In this document: positions 27,139 through 36,430 of the stretch, piece after piece
Numbering within the stretch: position 1 is the first letter of the stretch
How the letters are laid out: the number at the start of each line of letters is the position of its first letter
Virus record (IMG/VR): IMGVR_UViG_3300025030_000014
Coordinates: 1-63,715 of that record
DNA from: a virus
Taxonomy: Duplodnaviria > Caudoviricetes
Length of the DNA stretch: 63,715 bases
Reading direction: 5' to 3' (one strand)
The notes under the pieces: generated by a model
Databases searched by the model: none
Seen by the model: only the letters and a program-made list of their open reading frames with translations
What the model was told of the DNA's origin: nothing
Program-made: the position numbers and the translations under genes

Positions 27139-27965
27139 TGATTCTTCAAAGTTCACAACTCTCATGTTTCTATGAGTGCCCCAGGAAGTGGGTGTATCAA
27201 TATGGGCGAATGCGAACACGTCCTCCCTCTATGGCAATGGAAGCTGGTTCTACTTTCCACAATCTCTGTGAAAACCACCTGAAGAAAGGAATACCATTAG
27301 AGAGCTTATATGATAGTCTTGATGAGAATAGGCAAGAATTCTATGAAGTAATCTTCCCAGTCTTTCTAGGCTGGCTCAAAAAGGACGAGAAATCTGGCTA
27401 CATAACCCACACTATCAACGGAGAGAAGGCTATTGAAGTAGAGTTCTCAATCCAACTCTCTCCCAACGTAGAATACAGAGGAAAGGTAGATCGCATTGCA
27501 GAGAAAAGTGGCTCACTCTACTTCCTTGACTGGAAATACACCTCTAGCTATCTAAGCGACTCCTTCTTCAACAAATTCGAGATTAGCCCACAGGTACTTA
27601 GTTACTCTTACCTCGGCAAGACTGTATTCCCTGGACTAGATGGTTTCATCATCGACGCTGCTTCTCGTACCAAATCCGGCACTGTAGCCTACGAAAAACG
27701 CTACTTCCCACTACTCCCTGTAATGGATGAGTTTATGGGTGAGGTGCTGGCTATTGCTGAGTTTATGGAAGAGAATCTAGACAACGAAGAAGCTTTCTTC
27801 CACAATCGTTGTAGTTGTATGACGAAGTATAATAGTAGATGTTTGTTCTATGATGTGTGTCTTACGAAGCCTAGTAGTAGAGAGAGGATTCTTATGTCCG
27901 ATCTCTATGTCACCAACCAGCTCATTTATGACGAGGAGAAGAAGCCTGATGCAATTTCCTGTTAG
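27138..27965 (+). CDS. PD-(D/E)XK (Cas4/RecB-like) exonuclease
   Basis: SSQLSCFYECPRKW, GSTFH, GKVDRI, LDWK and C-terminal C..C..C. Confidence 0.85.
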   Translation: MILQSSQLSCFYECPRKWVYQYGRMRTRPPSMAMEAGSTFHNLCENHLKKGIPLESLYDSLDENRQEFYEVIFPVFLGWLKKDEKSGYITHTINGEKAIEVEFSIQLSPNVEYRGKVDRIAEKSGSLYFLDWKYTSSYLSDSFFNKFEISPQVLSYSYLGKTVFPGLDGFIIDAASRTKSGTVAYEKRYFPLLPVMDEFMGEVLAIAEFMEENLDNEEAFFHNRCSCMTKYNSRCLFYDVCLTKPSSRERILMSDLYVTNQLIYDEEKKPDAISC

Positions 27966-28209
27966 TCCAGAGAACGTAGCTCGACTTATTGAGCTAAAGA
28001 AACAGCAAGAAGTAATTGACAAGATGATGGTTATGTTCATGGATAACTTTGAAGCAAAGCTCTACGCACTGTCTACTGAAGAAGGCACTATCTGGGATAG
28101 TATTTGTGTGGAGCATGATCTTGACGTTGTGACTCATCACTGGACTATCAAGACCCTGGATGATGGAAGTACAGTGGTAGTGAGTAGTCCGAAAGGAGGG
28201 TTGCAGTAA
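27949..28209 (+). CDS. Hypothetical protein
   Basis: Packed ORF. Confidence 0.55.
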   Translation: MQFPVSPENVARLIELKKQQEVIDKMMVMFMDNFEAKLYALSTEEGTIWDSICVEHDLDVVTHHWTIKTLDDGSTVVVSSPKGGLQ

Positions 28210-28430
28210 TGGCTAAGATTAATATTGATAACAAAAAAGAACTCCTTCGCGGCATGGATGTTATTCCTGATCCTATCTCGACCCTAGACCTACTTGCTGA
28301 TGTAGTTGAACTTAACTCTATCTCTGGCATTATGTACGGCTCTACTAATGTTTATGCTGAAGGTATTCTAGTAGGCAAAGTATTTAAATTCTTCATTCCA
28401 TCTAAGGAGTCTCCCCTTGGCCAACGCTAA
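28209..28430 (+). CDS. Hypothetical protein
   Basis: TAATG coupling; GGAGG RBS. Confidence 0.5.
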   Translation: MAKINIDNKKELLRGMDVIPDPISTLDLLADVVELNSISGIMYGSTNVYAEGILVGKVFKFFIPSKESPLGQR

Positions 28431-29154
28431 AGACCTAACCTCTTCCGCCCCACTAAAAGTCCTACTCTACGGCCCCGCAGGTACTCGCAAGACTACCCTC
28501 GCTGCTACTTTCCCTAACCCACATTTCGTAGACTTCGACAATGGCATGAGAACCATTAGGGGTCAATCAGTCCACTATGTCACCATCAACGGAAGGGAGA
28601 CTACAGATCCAGACTTTCTAGCTATCCCTGCTTGTAAGGCTGTGGCAAAGGCGTCTGCATTCATTAAGGGGCAGAAGTATCTCGAACACCTAGCCAACAC
28701 GCTTAAAGAAGAAGATACCCTAGTTCTCGACTCTCTCACCTTCTATGGCAACTACGCTATGGATCATGCACTTGCATTAGCAGGTCGGCCCACTCCTCAA
28801 TTGCAAGACTGGGGAACAGCACGTAAAATGGTAGAGATTAGCCTAGAAGCCCTGAAGAGTGCTGCCTGTAACCTCATCATCATTACCCATGAGGACTTCG
28901 AGAAAGACGAAGAGCAAGGTTATATCTCCTTCCAGCCCAAAGGAGTTACAGGGAATCAAGGCCGTATCCTAGGAACCTTCTTCGATGAAGTCTGGAGAGC
29001 AGGGATTGTGCATGGGCAGGGGGTAGATAAGGGTAAGATGACTTATACTCTCACTACTGTACCCTCCAAACGTGCAGAAGGGAAGAGTAGGTCTAACCTA
29101 CCTGCTACTATTGAGAATCCAACGTATGAGAAGATTAAAGGTTTGATTAAATAA
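28417..29154 (+). CDS. AAA_24 / Sak4-like ssDNA-annealing ATPase
   Basis: LLYGPAGTRKT, FVDFDNG, LVLDSLT, IITHE, FDEV. Confidence 0.85.
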   Translation: MANAKDLTSSAPLKVLLYGPAGTRKTTLAATFPNPHFVDFDNGMRTIRGQSVHYVTINGRETTDPDFLAIPACKAVAKASAFIKGQKYLEHLANTLKEEDTLVLDSLTFYGNYAMDHALALAGRPTPQLQDWGTARKMVEISLEALKSAACNLIIITHEDFEKDEEQGYISFQPKGVTGNQGRILGTFFDEVWRAGIVHGQGVDKGKMTYTLTTVPSKRAEGKSRSNLPATIENPTYEKIKGLIK

Positions 29155-29272
29155 CCCAAGGAGGACTACCATTGAAGAAATCATAACCCTACCTACCAAA
29201 TGGCTCATCGTGACTACTCCTGGATCTAGTAGTAGTTATTTCTATCAACTCTTTCAAGAAAGAAGATCTCTC

Positions 29273-29692
29273 ATGGCTAATATCTCCCTCCCTACTAACC
29301 TCGCAGACGTTAAAGCCGAAGGTAATTTTGAACTCAAGCCCCTTGGCACGTATACCGTTGAAGTCCAGAAAGTAGAAGTCAAGCACTCTCCTGGGAAAGA
29401 ACACCCCTATCTCTCCATGCAGTACAACATCACTGAGCCGGAAGAGTTTGCTGGTGGCAAGTTCTTTGACAATGTTTCTATGTCTCCGAAGGCTCTGTTC
29501 AAGTTCAAGCAGCTCACCCTTGCTTGTAATCTGGATATCACCGATCAGTTTGACACTGATGATCTTCTGGGTAACACTGTTAGTCTCGTTATCAAGTATG
29601 AGAACAAGAAAGACTCCGCTGGTAACTTGGTGCTGAAAGAAGATGGTACTCCTGAGCAGCGGGAAGTCGTGGATCGCTATATCTACGAATAA
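29273..29692 (+). CDS. DUF669-family single-stranded DNA-binding protein
   Basis: PLGTYTVEVQKVE...PYLSMQY.I..PEEF.G.K.FDN; directly after Sak4 as is typical. Confidence 0.75.
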   Translation: MANISLPTNLADVKAEGNFELKPLGTYTVEVQKVEVKHSPGKEHPYLSMQYNITEPEEFAGGKFFDNVSMSPKALFKFKQLTLACNLDITDQFDTDDLLGNTVSLVIKYENKKDSAGNLVLKEDGTPEQREVVDRYIYE

Positions 29693-29743
29693 GCTCTAAC
29701 TGTTTCGTGGTGCTACAGCACGTTAATCTGTAGCAGTTTTCTT

Positions 29744-29773
29744 CCCAGAAGCGCAACTCTGGGTTTCTTTTTT
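29744..29773 (+). terminator. Rho-independent terminator
   Basis: CCCAGA...TCTGGG stem followed by TTTCTTTTTT. Confidence 0.7.
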
Positions 29774-30543
29774 GTGTCAAAATTTCAGGAGCTTTATGGA
29801 AGTTACAGGAGCAGACTTACCAGATTGGCTAGATATAGTTACCATTCTCAATGTAAAGACCAAAGAGACTAGAAAGATTACAGGACTAGTTCTCTATGAT
29901 GGCCAAACTCTATTATCAGCTATAGAAGACTCACTATCCCCTAGTGAGGTTGCAATCGCAAATTATCAAGAAATTGATTTAGCTAAATGGTGTGAATTAT
30001 ACTATTCAAGGAGCAAATGAATGATCTCTTCCATTACTACCCCAGTCACAGGTGCACCGATTAGTCACTGGATGAAACAACAAGTCCTAGACTGTCTAGA
30101 ACTCATCGACCCTGCGCACACCTCAGATCTAGCTATCTCCTCCTACGGCAAACTCAACGTCTACGAAGACGGTACTAGTGAGTTCCTCTGGAAAGGCAAG
30201 CGCATGATTCTCTTCCTCAACAAAGGCATTCGTAATGGTGCTATAGAGCTGGAAGCTATTCACAAGTACGAAGGGATGGAGAGGAGCGTGAGGTTTGATG
30301 AGTAAGATACGTGCCTTGATTAACTTCGTTAGAGATAATGATATTGCAGTTCAAGGTAAGTTTGTTGAGATTGATGTAGCTCCGATAGAAGATGAGCTTA
30401 CTTACTTATCTCACCCTGTGGACATTCTATTAGATCTTGCAGCAAAACGAGGAATGGTAGTAACTAAAGAGACTGAAGAATACTTACGCTCTATCTGTGA
30501 TAAAGAAGTTATTATAGATTTCAATCTAGGAGGCTCTAAATGA
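29772..30543 (+). other. Three small hypothetical genes (about 29772-30020, 30021-30305, 30295-30543)
   Basis: Abutting co-oriented ORFs. Confidence 0.55.
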
Positions 30544-31589
30544 AACGTGAATTTCTACAACAATGTCAACCCTACAAAGAGTCCAAGCATAACCTCGTAG
30601 GTTGGATGGCTAGTGAGAAGCTTGATGGACAGCGTTGCTTCTTTGATGGTGGAATCAGCCGTGGTACTATGTGCTCTCAAGTCCCGTGGGCGAATAACGA
30701 CAAGAAATCCTGTGATAGAATGGCTACTGGACTCTGGACTCGCTATGGCAACCCTATATTCGCTCCTGACTGGTTCCTGAATGGACTTCCTTCTTTCCCC
30801 ATAGACGGAGAGTTGTGGACTGGCTATAGACAATGGAGCAAGCTTCGTAAGATTATCTCCACGGACATTCCAAATTCGAATAGTTGGAAAGACGTTATCT
30901 TCTGTGCTTTCAACGCGCCAGTAGCTAACCAAGTCTTATTTGATGGAGAGATTAACCTGACTAACTTTCAGAAACGCATCATCGGCTGTGAGGAGTTTAT
31001 CTCTAACCACGGTGGGAAGATTGAGAAGCCACGTACTAACTGGGAAGGGCATAAGTTCCTACTGGACAATCTCATTGAGCATGACAACCTCCTTGTCCAC
31101 CCTCAACGCTTTATGTCCAAGCAGGAGGATCTGGATCAGTTCCTCTCTGATGTACTCGCCAAGACTGGAGAAGGCTTAGTCTGCATCCACCCTGCTACTC
31201 TCTACTCATGTAGTCGCCACAAGAACTCTGTGAAGATTAAGCCGTATCAGGATAGTGAGGCAGTTGTTGTAGGATATGTAAGTGGTCGTGAGACTGACAA
31301 GGGTTCCAAGCTCCTTGGACTCATGGGAGCACTCATCGTAGACTGGAAAGGAAAACGCTTTGAACTCTCAGGCTTCACTAATGCCGAGCGTGTCATTACT
31401 CATACTTCTGGTGTTGGTTCATCTATCCCCTACAATTGGGCATGCGCCAACCCTGAGACTCAGTTTCCTGCTCATTATCAATGTGATACTTTTCCTCGTG
31501 GGAGTGTTGTGACGTTCAAATTTAGGGAACTCACTGATGCTGGAGTACCAAAGGAAGCTTCCTACTTAAGGCCTTTTGAAGGAGTGTAG
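30540..31589 (+). CDS. ATP-dependent DNA ligase
   Basis: SEKLDGQR (KxDG), IDGELW, GEGLV, VKIKP and an OB-fold C-terminus. Confidence 0.93.
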   Translation: MKREFLQQCQPYKESKHNLVGWMASEKLDGQRCFFDGGISRGTMCSQVPWANNDKKSCDRMATGLWTRYGNPIFAPDWFLNGLPSFPIDGELWTGYRQWSKLRKIISTDIPNSNSWKDVIFCAFNAPVANQVLFDGEINLTNFQKRIIGCEEFISNHGGKIEKPRTNWEGHKFLLDNLIEHDNLLVHPQRFMSKQEDLDQFLSDVLAKTGEGLVCIHPATLYSCSRHKNSVKIKPYQDSEAVVVGYVSGRETDKGSKLLGLMGALIVDWKGKRFELSGFTNAERVITHTSGVGSSIPYNWACANPETQFPAHYQCDTFPRGSVVTFKFRELTDAGVPKEASYLRPFEGV

Positions 31590-32105
31590 TTATGGAATTA
31601 GATCTTAAAGAACGTCTAAGGTGTCTTAACATAGATATAGAGCTAGTAACAGATGATGGCTATGGCTCTCAATATGTAGAGCCGGAGAGAATTTGTGTAC
31701 AAGAAGATGGAACTATCACAGTCACAGTAAGAGCTTGGAGAGACTAATGCAAGAAATCTCCCAACTCCTTATCCTCCTCATCTTCCTACGCCTTATCTAC
31801 CAACACCTCAAACTCTCCGCTTCTATCGGAGAACTTATAACCCTAGCCCTATTCCTCATGTTGTTCTTCATAGCAGGGACGTTTGAGGAGTTATGGGGAT
31901 GGATGAAAGGACTAGTATGAACCTCAAAAGATATTTAAAAGGTACATTACATATCTACTATGAACCACACTCTCGTTGGTGGTATTGTAGTTTTGATAAA
32001 AGATGGTCAGGTAGATTATTCTTTCTGCACTTATCAAAATTAGTTATTACCCTAGACTGTAGAATATCTTGGATTGAGGATTTAATTACTGGTAAGGTGA
32101 AGTAG

Positions 32106-33104
32106 ATGATAGTTGAAAACATCCTACGTCCTGACTCACAGATAGCAATTATCTACACTCAACCTTCCACAGAATCCGAAGCTCGTAAGAAAGTCACAGG
32201 AGTCGATGAACACTTCCTCTCCAAGTCTGAGCAAGGCTTCTTATCCAAACTAGGAGGCTCTGGCATAGATGTAGACAAATGCTCTATCCTGACTATCGTG
32301 AGAAATAGATATTACAACGCCTCTGCACGTTTCCCAGAAGGGGAGCTTGACTGTTGGTATGAGCTTCTGAGTAGAGATCTTGCGAAGCTCTCTCCCAATA
32401 TCATAATCGCCTGTGGAGAGATTCCTACAGCGTTCTTCCTCAACAAGAAACTCACTTACAATAAGCTCGGCCTAGTAAACCAGCACTCAGAACGTATGCA
32501 AGGATATGTCTACCCTACCTCTTATGGAAAAGTTATAACCCTAGCAGGCATCACCAACTCTGATTGGGCAGTACCATCCTGGCATCCTATGATGCAGTGG
32601 AATTTAGGTAAGGCTAAGAGGAATGCAGAGACGAAGGAGAGTCTGAGTAAACAACCTACCATCCATGTTACTAACGATATGCAACTTCTCAAGAAAGTCT
32701 TCCTAGATGAAGAATATCAGAACGATCCTACTTCCTACTGTGCCTTCGACATCGAGTGTTGTGGTATGGAGATTACCTGTATTAGTTTTGCTCGGGATAT
32801 TCACAATGCCTATGTTGTGCCTCTTCATCACTTGCATAGTAGTGAGCTTGCTTATTGCCTCAGATGGGTAGGGAAGATACTGGATAGTCCAGTTGCAAAG
32901 GTCGGACAGAACGGTAACTTCGACATCCTCTACCTTGGCTTCTACTACAACATGCCAGTGAGGAATTATAAGTTTGATACGATGCTGGCGCAACATGCTA
33001 TGTATTCTAACTTGCCAAAAGACTTGAATACTCTTGGAGCAATCTTTACTGATGAGCCAAGTTGGAAGGACTCGAAGGGATGGGAGAAGGAGGGTGATGC
33101 GTAA
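32106..33104 (+). CDS. Family A DNA polymerase N-terminal part: degenerate UDG-like domain plus 3'-5' exonuclease motifs I-II
   Basis: LSPNIIIACGE (UDG4-like), AFDIEC (ExoI), GQNGNFD (ExoII), DTMLAQH...PKDLNTL...EPSWKD. Confidence 0.8.
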   Translation: MIVENILRPDSQIAIIYTQPSTESEARKKVTGVDEHFLSKSEQGFLSKLGGSGIDVDKCSILTIVRNRYYNASARFPEGELDCWYELLSRDLAKLSPNIIIACGEIPTAFFLNKKLTYNKLGLVNQHSERMQGYVYPTSYGKVITLAGITNSDWAVPSWHPMMQWNLGKAKRNAETKESLSKQPTIHVTNDMQLLKKVFLDEEYQNDPTSYCAFDIECCGMEITCISFARDIHNAYVVPLHHLHSSELAYCLRWVGKILDSPVAKVGQNGNFDILYLGFYYNMPVRNYKFDTMLAQHAMYSNLPKDLNTLGAIFTDEPSWKDSKGWEKEGDA

Positions 33105-33271
33105 TGGACTGTGAAGACTTAACAGATAAATCTATTAAATATTGCTCTACTTGCTATTGGAAAGATGGTTGCAAATGTGTAATTCATTTTAAAGTAGTTA
33201 CCATTGTTACAATAGCCTGTAAAAGCTATATACGTTCTATGAAAGATTTACTGGGAGTATCTAATGGCTAG
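33104..33271 (+). CDS. Small Cys-rich protein inserted between the polymerase halves (55 aa, not in track)
   Basis: TAATG-coupled ATG; MDCEDL...CSTCYWKDGCKC...C...; overlaps the next start. Confidence 0.55.
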   Translation: MDCEDLTDKSIKYCSTCYWKDGCKCVIHFKVVTIVTIACKSYIRSMKDLLGVSNG

Positions 33272-35171
33272 TAAGTGGATAACAGAACAGCAACGACCCG
33301 ACTTTAATTGGAATCAATTCCACCAGTACTCAGGACTTGATAGCTGCAACACCCTAGAAATCTGCCTCTCTCAACTCCCGCTACTCAAGCAACGCAAGGT
33401 AGAAGCTATATTCCAGCGTGAGATGGATCTGTGCTATCCGCTTATCTCTATAGAGCTAAAGGGGATGTTGATAGATCAGAGTTGTAGAGGAAAGATAAAC
33501 GCAGAGCTTCAAGCGCAGATAGACAAGTGGCAACTATTCCTCACAGAACTAGCTGGCACTCTCAACGTCAACTCCCCCGATCAGATGAAGTCCTATCTAT
33601 TCGGGCAACTCAAGCTCCCTAAGAGGGTTAAAGATGGCAAACTATCGACAGATGAGGATGCGCTACTATCACTCATGCACTTGCAGCCAGCCCTTATTAA
33701 AACTATCCTCATTCTCCGAGGACTCAAGAAGAAGCAATCCTTTTGTAATAAGAGATTGTCAGATGACGGGAGGGTACGTACCACTTTCAAACCTGCCGGG
33801 ACGCTTACTGGGCGACTTTCTTCATCCAAATCTATCACTGGCACAGGGGACAACCTACAGACAATCATGAAAGAACTACGTGAGTTCTTCATCTGCGACC
33901 CTGGCTATATCCTCATCCAAGTTGACTACGCCAAAGCAGAGAGCTGGGTAGTGGCATATTTGGCTAAAGATGAGAAGATGATAGCGGCGTTGCAAGGGGA
34001 GGACTTTCATAGTACTAATGCCTCAGCAATACTTGGAAAGCCAGTCACTAAGGCGAATTATGGGGATAGACAATTAGGAAAGAAGATCTCTCATGCCTGT
34101 GTAACGGGTGATTGTGAAGTTTATACTCCTTTGGGTTGGATGTGCTTTGAGGAGTATATTAAACATCAAGGAGTTATAGTAGTTACAGACCCAATCAGAA
34201 GGGAAGAGTGGGTAGAAGTTCCTTCTGCTGTTCACTCCTATGATTATTCTGGGGATATGTATAGATTTAGGATGGGAAGTCAGGAACAGTTTGTAACTCC
34301 AGAACATAAGATGCTAGTCTATGATTACATGGGCAGACCTGTTGTCCTAACTGCTGAAGACTTGGCTAACTCTGATGGTTACGTAACTGACGATCATGCA
34401 AGTATTCACTGGAATATTGAGCAATTTACTGGAAAGGTCTACTGTGTAACTACCTCATCTGGATTCTTTACTATTCGTTATAATGGAAAAGTATCCATCT
34501 GTGGAAATAGTAACTACGGTATGTCCGAGTTTCAAATGCAACTTGACCTTGCAAAAGAGGGATATTCCTTCACCAAGACAGAGTGTAGGGAACTTATAGC
34601 TGCATACTTCAAAGCCTATCCGAAGATCAAGCAGAATTACCACAATTGGATAGAGGAGTGTCTACGGACTACCCGCACCCTAGTTACTCCCTTTGGCCGC
34701 AAAGTAACATTCTGGGACTTTTGGAGTAATAGGCTGCTTAACCAGAGCTATGCTTTCATCCCACAATCCACTGTCGGAGATATGACTAACCAAGCTTTGT
34801 TGAATGTCTACAATACTCTGCCTCATGTAGACATTCTTCTCCAAGTCCATGACTCCTTGGTAATGCAGGTGAAGCTGGAGGATTATACTCCTGAGCTACT
34901 TGCTCAAATCAAGAAGTGCATGTCAGTTCCTCTCACCATCAAAGGCTGCACGATAGATATTCCTGTAGATCTCGAAGTCGGCTGGAATTGGTATAAGCTG
35001 GTGGATGTAGAGGTTATGGATGAGGTGCTTCTTAGACTAAAACAGAAGTATCCCTTCATGCCTATTGATGCTGATGAGTACTTGACTATTCGTCAAGAAG
35101 TCTTCTCCACAATCATGCTTGAACACAAACTTGCTAAAGAAGCAGCTAAGGCTGCGAAGGAGAGTATATGA
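33264..35171 (+). CDS. polA: Family A DNA polymerase C-terminal part (ExoIII plus polymerase domain), with intein
   Basis: YSGLD (ExoIII), TLTGRLSS, NLQT, DYAKAE (motif A), RQLGKKISHA/SNYG (motif B), QVHDS (motif C). Confidence 0.92.
   Translation: MASKWITEQQRPDFNWNQFHQYSGLDSCNTLEICLSQLPLLKQRKVEAIFQREMDLCYPLISIELKGMLIDQSCRGKINAELQAQIDKWQLFLTELAGTLNVNSPDQMKSYLFGQLKLPKRVKDGKLSTDEDALLSLMHLQPALIKTILILRGLKKKQSFCNKRLSDDGRVRTTFKPAGTLTGRLSSSKSITGTGDNLQTIMKELREFFICDPGYILIQVDYAKAESWVVAYLAKDEKMIAALQGEDFHSTNASAILGKPVTKANYGDRQLGKKISHACVTGDCEVYTPLGWMCFEEYIKHQGVIVVTDPIRREEWVEVPSAVHSYDYSGDMYRFRMGSQEQFVTPEHKMLVYDYMGRPVVLTAEDLANSDGYVTDDHASIHWNIEQFTGKVYCVTTSSGFFTIRYNGKVSICGNSNYGMSEFQMQLDLAKEGYSFTKTECRELIAAYFKAYPKIKQNYHNWIEECLRTTRTLVTPFGRKVTFWDFWSNRLLNQSYAFIPQSTVGDMTNQALLNVYNTLPHVDILLQVHDSLVMQVKLEDYTPELLAQIKKCMSVPLTIKGCTIDIPVDLEVGWNWYKLVDVEVMDEVLLRLKQKYPFMPIDADEYLTIRQEVFSTIMLEHKLAKEAAKAAKESI
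34098..34508 (+). mobile_element. Mini-intein (137 aa, no homing endonuclease) in PolA motif B
   Basis: Starts CVTGDCEVYTPLGW, has VTPEHKM (block B) and VYCVTTSSGFF..RYNGKVSICGN/S; removing it restores KKISHASNYG. Confidence 0.9.
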
Positions 35172-35350
35172 CTATACGTGAAGAAGTAATTGCTGAACTT
35201 AAAGCTCATGGGTGTGAGAGGGAAGAGTATATATTTGGTTGTGATGACTGCGGGTGTACTGCTGAGACTTGTGACTGCTATTATGATCCATATAATATAG
35301 ATGGTGACTGTTTAGCAGAAAAATAATTCCCTACTCCTGCATTTTGTCTA

Positions 35351-35380
35351 TTGACAATTATAGCCTCGCTATGTTAAGAT
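35351..35380 (+). promoter_or_regulatory. Sigma70 promoter
   Basis: TTGACA-N18-TAAGAT with extended -10 TG, upstream of the dNMP kinase. Confidence 0.65.
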
Positions 35381-35409
35381 AGACTCATTAATCGAAAGGA
35401 CTCTACTCC

Positions 35410-36117
35410 ATGCCCCCCACTATCATCGGCATCGCTGGCAACATGGGAACTGGCAAAACTACTATCGCCACCATGATCCAGTCCTACTATCCTAACTCAG
35501 TAATCCTTCCATTCGCGGGAGAAGTTAAAAAAGAACTACACACTCTCCTCTCCTCCTACCGCAAAGGACATTTCTTCTCCTACACGGCTAACATGCTATA
35601 CGGATCTCAAGAGGATAAGAACCTCATCTTCTTCGTCCCTGCAAGTCTATTCGCTGAAGCAGCTTCTCAAGGTATCTCTCTCACTGACATTGGCGATGAG
35701 CAGTTCATCCACGGCCAGACTTGGTACACCACTACTGGTCGCAAACTCATGCAGTGGTATGCTACAGACTATCGGCGCAAGCTAACTCCTTCCTACTGGC
35801 TAAACAAATGGCAGCACTCAGCAGAGAGAGCTATGGGTGGTGGGTGGAATATCATAGTTGACGACATTCGATTCCCTAATGAAGCGGAGTTAGTTCGCTC
35901 CCTAGGTGGCTATATCATCAAAGTCCTTCGAGACACCAATCATGATTTGACTCATCATAGTGAGTGTTTAGTCTCCTCCATTACTTCTCACTACGACATC
36001 GACAACTTCTACTCCTTAGATTACCTAGACTCCCGTACCTTCAACATCGCATCTTTCATCCTTCCTTCAGGAGAGCTACATGACCCCAGAGCAGGAACTC
36101 AAACTATGGCTGATTAG
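35410..36117 (+). CDS. Deoxynucleoside monophosphate kinase
   Basis: IIGIAGNMGTGKTT, PFA..VK, RKLMQ..ATD, DDIRFPNE, HHSE. Confidence 0.9.
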   Translation: MPPTIIGIAGNMGTGKTTIATMIQSYYPNSVILPFAGEVKKELHTLLSSYRKGHFFSYTANMLYGSQEDKNLIFFVPASLFAEAASQGISLTDIGDEQFIHGQTWYTTTGRKLMQWYATDYRRKLTPSYWLNKWQHSAERAMGGGWNIIVDDIRFPNEAELVRSLGGYIIKVLRDTNHDLTHHSECLVSSITSHYDIDNFYSLDYLDSRTFNIASFILPSGELHDPRAGTQTMAD

Positions 36118-36430
36118 GAATGGCTACCCTGACTCTCACATTCCTATTATCCTACGCTATTGCCCACAACTCCTAGACTCCTATTCCATCGAAGAAATTG
36201 GAATAATGAGTGTCTCCAACCACACGCTATTCATCCCTGACAAACAATACATCGCTATCCGCCCGATCATCTACAAAGCAGCAATAGCTGAAACTCAGGG
36301 CCGCAACACCTCTGCGTTCATCGAAGAATCCATCTCCATCTTCGCCAAGGACTCCCTAGAAGACACCTTCAAGGATCAGTTCACAGCTCTCTACAAGCGA
36401 CTCACCAGCTGTAAGAAGGTGGGGTTATGA
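36080..36430 (+). CDS. Hypothetical protein
   Basis: Packed between the kinase and the DUF3987 gene. Confidence 0.6.
   Translation: MTPEQELKLWLIRNGYPDSHIPIILRYCPQLLDSYSIEEIGIMSVSNHTLFIPDKQYIAIRPIIYKAAIAETQGRNTSAFIEESISIFAKDSLEDTFKDQFTALYKRLTSCKKVGL

Noticed and set aside
33105-33263. Possible intron joining the two polymerase ORFs
   Set aside because: Only about 160 nt, with no group I/II motifs; the gap holds a coupled small ORF and the downstream ORF has its own RBS.
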